A DNA stretch of 64,000 nucleotides, taken from NCBI GenBank assembly GCA_950097015.1, contig CATNEN010000025.1, forward strand, positions 682,001 through 746,000. Reading direction: 5' to 3'. The DNA is from Macrostomum hystrix. Its lineage: Eukaryota; Animalia; Platyhelminthes. Positions 57,815 to 64,000 of this stretch are shown here, in pieces. The notes beneath the pieces were generated by a model, which made no database searches, was not told the DNA's origin, and saw nothing but the letters and a program-made list of their open reading frames with translations. The first letter of the stretch is position 1, and every line of letters starts with the position of its first letter. Position numbers and translations under genes: made by a program.

Positions 57815-58050
57815 GAGTGTCTGATGATAGAGAGAAACAGAAAGAGGAAAAGAGAGGGGAGAGAGAGAAAGAGGGAGAGAGAGGGGAAGAAGAGTGAGAG
57901 AGAGGGGAAGAAAGAGGGAGAGAGGGGAGAAAGAGGGAGAGAGGGGAGAAAGAAAGTGGGAGAGGGGGGAAAGGGGGGAGAGGGAAAGAGAGAGTGGGAG
58001 ACAAAGGGAGAGGGAGGCGGCAAGGTAGGTAGAGAGAATGAGAGATGGTG
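57815..58050. repeat. GA-rich low-complexity tract
   Basis: Almost pure purine on the + strand. Confidence 0.85.
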
Positions 58051-58739
58051 AGTTAGATATGCAAGGTGAAGAGGGAGGGAGGGTGATAAGAGGCAGAGAT
58101 GGTAGGAGGTTAGATATGAATCAGAGTCGGGTAGTGTGCAAACAGGGCAGACACGGCATGTGTTAAATGTATGAGGAAGGTTAAAAACTTTAATATTGTG
58201 CATCGTCCATAGATTTTCTCTTATTTTGAATCGGCTTTTTGTCGATTTCATTGAACATTGAGAATTCAGCCTACGCAATTCGTATTCGGAGAATGGACAG
58301 ACAGTACAGTTCTCGACTAATTAAATCTGATTTCGGGAAGAAAAGAAACAGAACTATCATTTTCTTCGAGTCTCCGTGAATACGAGTAACTTTCTTTCAG
58401 ATATTTTTGAAGCAATCATTCTCATTTATTTAATCATAACTTCCCGCCTACTCTCCACCCCGAGTTAGAATGTGGCCTCGCCGCGGATTCGAGCTTGGGA
58501 TTTAGCCGCTCAGACACTGTGCAACCCAGCTAGGTAATCCGGGTGTACTAAAGTGTCTGAGGAATTAGATTAACGCACCTGTCAGAGATTTCGCTCGTAA
58601 GTCTTCAGCTAATGTAATCCCGGCCAGCTCAGACCTGAGTTCGATCTGCTCAACCTGGGATACATATTTTTTGAAGAGATTTTTACTTTTAAATTATTCA
58701 ATGCTAAGAACAAATTTGACTCAAAAGATAAAGAATGCC

Positions 58740-58773
58740 TAGGGTTAGGGTTAGGGTTAGGGTTAGGGTTAGG
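58740..58773 (+). repeat. Short interstitial telomere-like tract, (TTAGGG)4 plus partial units
   Basis: TAGGG TTAGGG TTAGGG TTAGGG TTAGGG TTAGG. Confidence 0.85.
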
Positions 58774-58799
58774 CTTTAGATTAGGATCAGTGGCAGATC

Positions 58800-59090
58800 G
58801 GTTTTACGCATTTGCCTCACGTACCAAGGTCCCTAAGTTCGATTCCATGGCGAGGCCACATTCATTTAGGGCGCAGCCCTTGTCGTGCAATTTACGCCCT
58901 TGAGGGCCAACCTCCAACAGTGAGACTGTACACTGACTGACCATGACAACGTCATGTGTAAGCGTGTGCCTGCATACAGTATCTGTGAGGGTGTGCTCAG
59001 GAGTCAGCTAAAACGCTGGTTGCGGGTCTAGTGTCACCAAATGATGTGCCATTGCCCGCAGCCCTCCTGCAATTATTATTTTTTTTGGGT
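58800..59090 (+). mobile_element. SINE family B, longer copy (an opposite-strand head fragment lies at ~58460-58505)
   Basis: GTTCGATTCC B box, GGCGAGGCCACATTCATTT, and a 3' GCAGCCCTCCTGCAATTATTATTTT end. Confidence 0.75.
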
Positions 59091-59669
59091 TAGAGTACAA
59101 TACTATTCAAATTTTAATGTAATTGAAACAATATATTATAGATCTTAACAGAAAGCGATTTTACTTAAGCTATAAAATTGTAAATAATAATAATCTATAA
59201 TAAGAATACTAATAATAGCGAACAAACCACTTGGAAATGACTTGCACAGGACAATCAGTAATTGCCTGTGGCCTGAGGGTGGCATGGAAGAAGTGGCTGC
59301 ACAGTCAACTAACTCCTTGATGAGGCCTGGGCTGGCCCACTCCACGCCTCATTCCTTACTTGAAGCCTTTTGCACTGTACGGAAATCCAATTTCATGTTG
59401 CTGCTGTTGCTGCCGCTGTTGCCACTGCTTAATTCTAACATTGCAATGCTAGAGAAGGAGTCTTTTAGTGGAGAAAAAAATAGATTGAGGCAGGACTGTT
59501 TGCCAACTGGCGCACAACAACACTGAGTAGCTTGTGCTCAGGGGGCCGCGCTGAAGAGCCTCAAAATTGGCCCGCTTTGCCGAGATGAGATGGAAAACTG
59601 AAGTGGCTCGGCTGGCTGGCTGGACTGGGATTCTTGTGGTAAAAGATGGTAAAAGGGCAGATACGACTG

Positions 59670-59930
59670 AGAGGAGAAGAAAGAAGGAAAAGGAGAGAGG
59701 TAGAGTGAGAGGGAGAGAAGTAGAGTGATAAGGAGAGAGGTAGAGTGGGAAGGAGAGACGTAGAGTGAGAAGGAGAGAAGGAGAGTGAGAAGTAGGGAGG
59801 TAAAGTGAGAAGGAGAGAAGCAGAGTGAGAAGGAGAGAAGTAGAGTGAGAAGTAGGGAGGTAAAGTGGGAAGGAGAGAAGTAGAGTGATAAGGAGAGACG
59901 TAGAGTGGGAAGGAGAGAGGTCGAGAAAGA
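59670..59930. repeat. ~20-bp purine-rich tandem repeat (GAGAAGGAGAGAAGTAGAGT)
   Basis: Degenerate tandem units. Confidence 0.85.
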
Positions 59931-60574
59931 GCGAGGAATTGTGAGAAAGAGAAAAGGAATCAGATTGAGAGGGAGATTGAGAAATGACGAATGAATTAAT
60001 AAATAGAAAAAATAGTCAACTTGTGTAAAGAATTTGTTAAGCTAACCGGTTGCAACAGACAACAGAGCGCCCGCCTTAGCGAGCCAGAGAACGAATAAAG
60101 AAGCCAAGGGTAGCAAAGGAAGATTGATAATGTAATTCCCTGGTGGAAATTATGCATCGGCAAGGCTACGGCCTTGGGAACTGGAGCCAATTAATCAGAC
60201 TAAATGCGGCTACTTTTACCATCCCGCTTGAGACTTTGAGAACTTCAATCCCCAGGAGGCTACGGCGATAGTGAGATATGTACTCACAGTGAACTCACAC
60301 AATTATAGCTATGCCTGTACACGTATTCGCCCATGGAAACCATATTGAAAATCGAACATTAACTAAAGTGAAAGCTCTGCAATTATTTGGTTCCATATCT
60401 TTGGATTATGAAGACGAGCAGTTGGTCAATAATTCCGCTGCGTCCTGGCCTGTCAAACTGATATTGGAATTCAACTCATTGGTGTGAGCAGAAACAGCTG
60501 ACTGCTCACACTGCTATGTGATAAAATTAGCGTTGGCTGGCGCGCTCTCACAGAAAATGTTGCCCTAATGAAGA

Positions 60575-61167
60575 TTGGGTAGAGGGGAGATTGGGTAGAG
60601 AGGAGATTGGGTAGAGAGGAGATGGGGTAGAGAGGAGATGGGGTAGAGAGGAGATGGGGTAGATAAGAGAAGGGGTAGAGAGGAGATGGGGTAGAGAGGA
60701 GATGGGTAGATAAGAGAAGGGGTAGACAAGAGAAGGGGTAGACAAGAGAAGGGGTAGATAAGAGAAGGGGTAGATAAGAGAAGGGGTAGATAAGAGAAGG
60801 GGTAGATAAGAGAAGGGGTAGATAAGAGAAGGGGTAGATAAGAGAAGGGGTAGATAAGAGAAGGGGTAGATAAGAGAAGGGGTAGATAAGAGAAGGGGTA
60901 GATAAGAGAAGGGGTAGATAAGAGAAGGGGTAGATAAGAGAAGGGGTAGATAAGAGAAGGGGTAGATAAGAGAAGGGGTAGATAAGAGAAGGGGTAGATA
61001 AGAGAAGGGGTAGATAAGAGAAGGGGTAGATAAGAGAAGGGGTAGATAAGAGAAGGGGTAGATAAGAGAAGGGGTAGATAAGAGAAGGGGTAGATAAGAG
61101 AAGGGGTAGATAAGAGAAGGGGTAGATAAGAGAAGGGGTAGATAAGAGAAGGGGTAGATAAGAGAAG
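60575..61167. repeat. 16-bp minisatellite (GGGGTAGATAAGAGAA), homogeneous over ~27 units, preceded by related GGGTAGAGAGGAGAT units
   Basis: Tandem units are visible. Confidence 0.97.
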
Positions 61168-61599
61168 TTGGTTGATTATGTTGCGAATAAGAAAGGGAGA
61201 TGTTTTAGATCACATTTCAAGTGTGCCTGAGTAAAACATGTAAGCGTTAGTCATTTCTCCATATATGAAAAAATGTCAAATGCGTTGTATATATTGCGTA
61301 GTTTGTAATATACTCGTCGCTTTCTATACGAGCCATGCTGCTTGTTTGAAAGAAATGGTCCAAGTTTTTTCAGTTCAAGCATCTAAATGGTTGCCTGGAA
61401 TATTTTCAGCAGATAACCAACTCCTTTGGGAAATCACTGGACGCAATCTAATTCCCCCTGCTTACAAGGGGATTGAATTTATTTCTGAATCAAGAAATAT
61501 TGCAGCTGTAGAATATATGCATTTGTCATGCTACTGTCAGTGGAGTGAGCGGAATGTTGATAAACATCTCGTCACAGGTTTGCAATAAAGAGAACAGGA

Positions 61600-64000
61600 A
61601 TGTAAAGGGTAAGAAAGGAAGTTAAAGGGTGAGAAAGGAAGAGATAGGGTGAGAAAGGTAGAGAAAGGGTGAGAAACGAAGAGAAAGGAAGAGAAAGAGT
61701 GGGAAAGAAAGAGAAAGGGTGAGAAAGGAAGAGAAAGGGTGAGAAAGGAAGAGAAAGGAAGAGAAATGAAGAGAAAGGAAGAGAAATGAAGAGAAAGGAA
61801 GAGAAATGAAGAGAAAGAGTAAGAAAGGAAGAGAAAGGAAGAGAAAGGAAGAGAAATGAAGAGAAAGGAAGAGAAATGAAGAGAAAGGAAGAGAAAGAGT
61901 AAGAAAGGAAGAGAAAGGAAGAGAAAGGAAGAGAAAGGAAGAGAAATGAAGAGAAAGGAAGAGAAAGGAAGAGAAATGAAGAGAAATGAAGAGAAAGAGT
62001 AAGAAAGGAAGAGAAAGGAAGAGAAAGGAAGAGAAAGGAAGAGAAAGGGTGAGAAAGGGTGAGAAAGGAAGAGAAATGAAGAGAAAGGAAGAGAAAGGAA
62101 GAGAAAGGAAGAGAAAGGGTGAGAAAGGAAGAGAAATGAAGAGAAAGGAAGAGAAAGGGTGAGAAAGGAAGAGAAAGGAAGAGAAAGGGAGAGAAAGGGA
62201 GAGAAATGAAGAGAAAGGAAGAGAAAGGAAGAGAAAGGAAGAGAAATGAAGAGAAAGAGTAAGAAAGGAAGAGAAAGGAAGAGAAAGGAAGAGAAAGGAA
62301 GAGAAAGGGTGAGAAAGGGTGAGAAAGGAAGAGAAATGAAGAGAAAGGAAGAGAAAGGAAGAGAAAGGAAGAGAAAGGAAGAGAAAGGAAGAGAAAGGGA
62401 GAGAAATGAAGAGAAAGGAAGAGAAAAGGTGAGAAAGGAAGAGAAAGGAAGAGAAAGGGAGAGAAAGGGAGAGAAATGAAGAGAAAGGAAGAGAAAGGAA
62501 GAGAAAGGAAGAGAAAGAGTAAGAAAGGAAGAGAAAGGAAGAGAAAGGGAGAGAAATGAAGAGAAAGGAAGAGAAAGGGTGAGAAAGGAAGAGAAAGGAA
62601 GAGAAAGGAAGAGAAAGGAAGAGAAAGGAAGAGAAAGGAAGAGAAAGGGTGAGAAAGGAATAGAAAGGAAGAGAAAGGAAGAGAAAGTGTGAGAAAGGAA
62701 GAGAAAGGGTGAGAAAGGGTGAGAAAGGGAGAGAAAGGAAGAGAAAGAGTGAGAAAGGGAGAGAAAGGAAGAGAAAGGAATAGAAAGGGTGAGAAAGGGA
62801 GAGAAAGGAAGAGAAAGGAAGAGAAAGGGTGAGAAAGGAAGAGAAAGAGTGAGAAAGGGAGAGAAAGGAAGAGAAAGGAATAGAAAGGGTGAGAAAGGGA
62901 GAGAAAGGAAGAGAAAGGAAGAGAAAGGAAGAGAAAGGAAGAGAAAGGAAGAGAAAGGAAGAGAAAGGGAGAGAAAGGAAGAGAAAGGAAGAGAAAGGGA
63001 GAGAAAGGAAGAGAAAGGAATAGAAAGGGTGAGAAAGGGAGAGAAAGGAAGAGAAAGGAAGAGAAAGGGTGAGAAAGGAAGAGAAAGAGTGAGAAAGGGA
63101 GAGAAAGGAAGAGAAAGGAAGAGAAAGGAAGAGAAAGGAAGAGAAAGGAAGAGAAAGGAAGAGAAAGGAAGAGAAAGGAAGAGAAAGGAAGAGAAAGGAA
63201 GAGAAAGAGTGAGAAAGGAAGAGAAAGAGTGAGAAAGGAAGAGAAAGGAAGAGAAAGGGTGAGAAAGGAAGAGAAAGGGAGAGAAATGAAGAGAAAGGAA
63301 GAGAAAGGAAGAGAAAGAGTGAGAAAGGGAGAGAAAGGAAGAGAAAGGAAGAGAAAGAGTGAGAAAGGAAGAGAAAGGAAGAGAAAGAGTGAGAAAGGGT
63401 GAGAAAGTGTGAGAAAGGAAGAGAAAGGGTGAGAAAGGGAGAGAAAGGAAGAGAAAGAGTGAGAAAGGAAGAGAAAGGAAGAGAAAGGAAGAGAAAGGAA
63501 GAGAAAGGGTAAGAAAGGAAGAGAAAGGGAGAGAAATGAAGAGAAAGGAAGAGAAAGGAAGAGAAAGGAAGAGAAAGAGTGAGAAAGGGAGAGAAAGGAA
63601 GAGAAAGGAAGAGAAAGAGTGAGAAAGGAAGAGAAAGGGTGAGAAAGGAAGAGAAAGGGAGAGAAATGAAGAGAAAGGAAGAGAAAGGAAGAGAAAGGAA
63701 GAGAAAGAGTGAGAAAGGGAGAGAAAGGGAGAGAAAGGAAGAGAAAGGAAGAGAAAGAGTGAGAAAGGGAGAGAAAGGAAGAGAAAGGAAGAGAAAGAGT
63801 GAGAAAGGGAGAGAAAGGAAGAGAAAGGAAGAGAAAGAGTGAGAAAGGGAGAGAAATGAAGAGAAAGGAAGAGAAAGGAAGAGAAAGAGTGAGAAAGGGA
63901 GAGAAAGGAAGAGATAGGAAGAGAAAGAATGAGAAAGGGTGAGAAAGGGTAAGAAAGGAAGAGAAAGGGTGAGAAAGGGTAAGAAAGGAAGAGAAAGGGT
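61600..64000. repeat. 10-bp purine satellite (GAGAAAGGAA and variants) running off the right edge
   Basis: More than 230 units. The R/K/E/G ORFs are repeat translations. Confidence 0.98.

Noticed and set aside
62246-63842. Arg/Lys/Glu-rich ORFs
   Set aside because: Translations of the GAGAAAGGAA satellite.

Overview
Eukaryotic (metazoan, probably invertebrate) genomic DNA with GC-rich exons, AT-rich introns and many minisatellites. The style suggests a free-living flatworm such as Macrostomum, but that is inference only. Left to right: (1) a decayed minus-strand Ty3/Gypsy retroelement (Gag knuckles, protease, RT, RNase H; integrase core deleted; PPT at the window edge); (2) a spliced GPI-anchored Ly6/uPAR three-finger gene that the ORF track only partly shows; (3) a PNUTS/PPP1R10 orthologue; (4) an intronless minus-strand orphan ORF with a CBS-like segment; (5) a 12-13 exon DENND5/Rab6IP1 orthologue with an antisense intronic tRNA-Ser(CGA); (6) a three-exon gene for an unrecognised secreted precursor with two 6-Cys modules, one of them knottin-like. 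Also present are two tRNA-derived SINE families, MITE-like inverted repeats and about 20 tandem arrays. Most long ORFs in the track over the arrays are repeat artefacts. Gene models were assembled by hand from GT-AG sites and phase compatibility, without transcript data.
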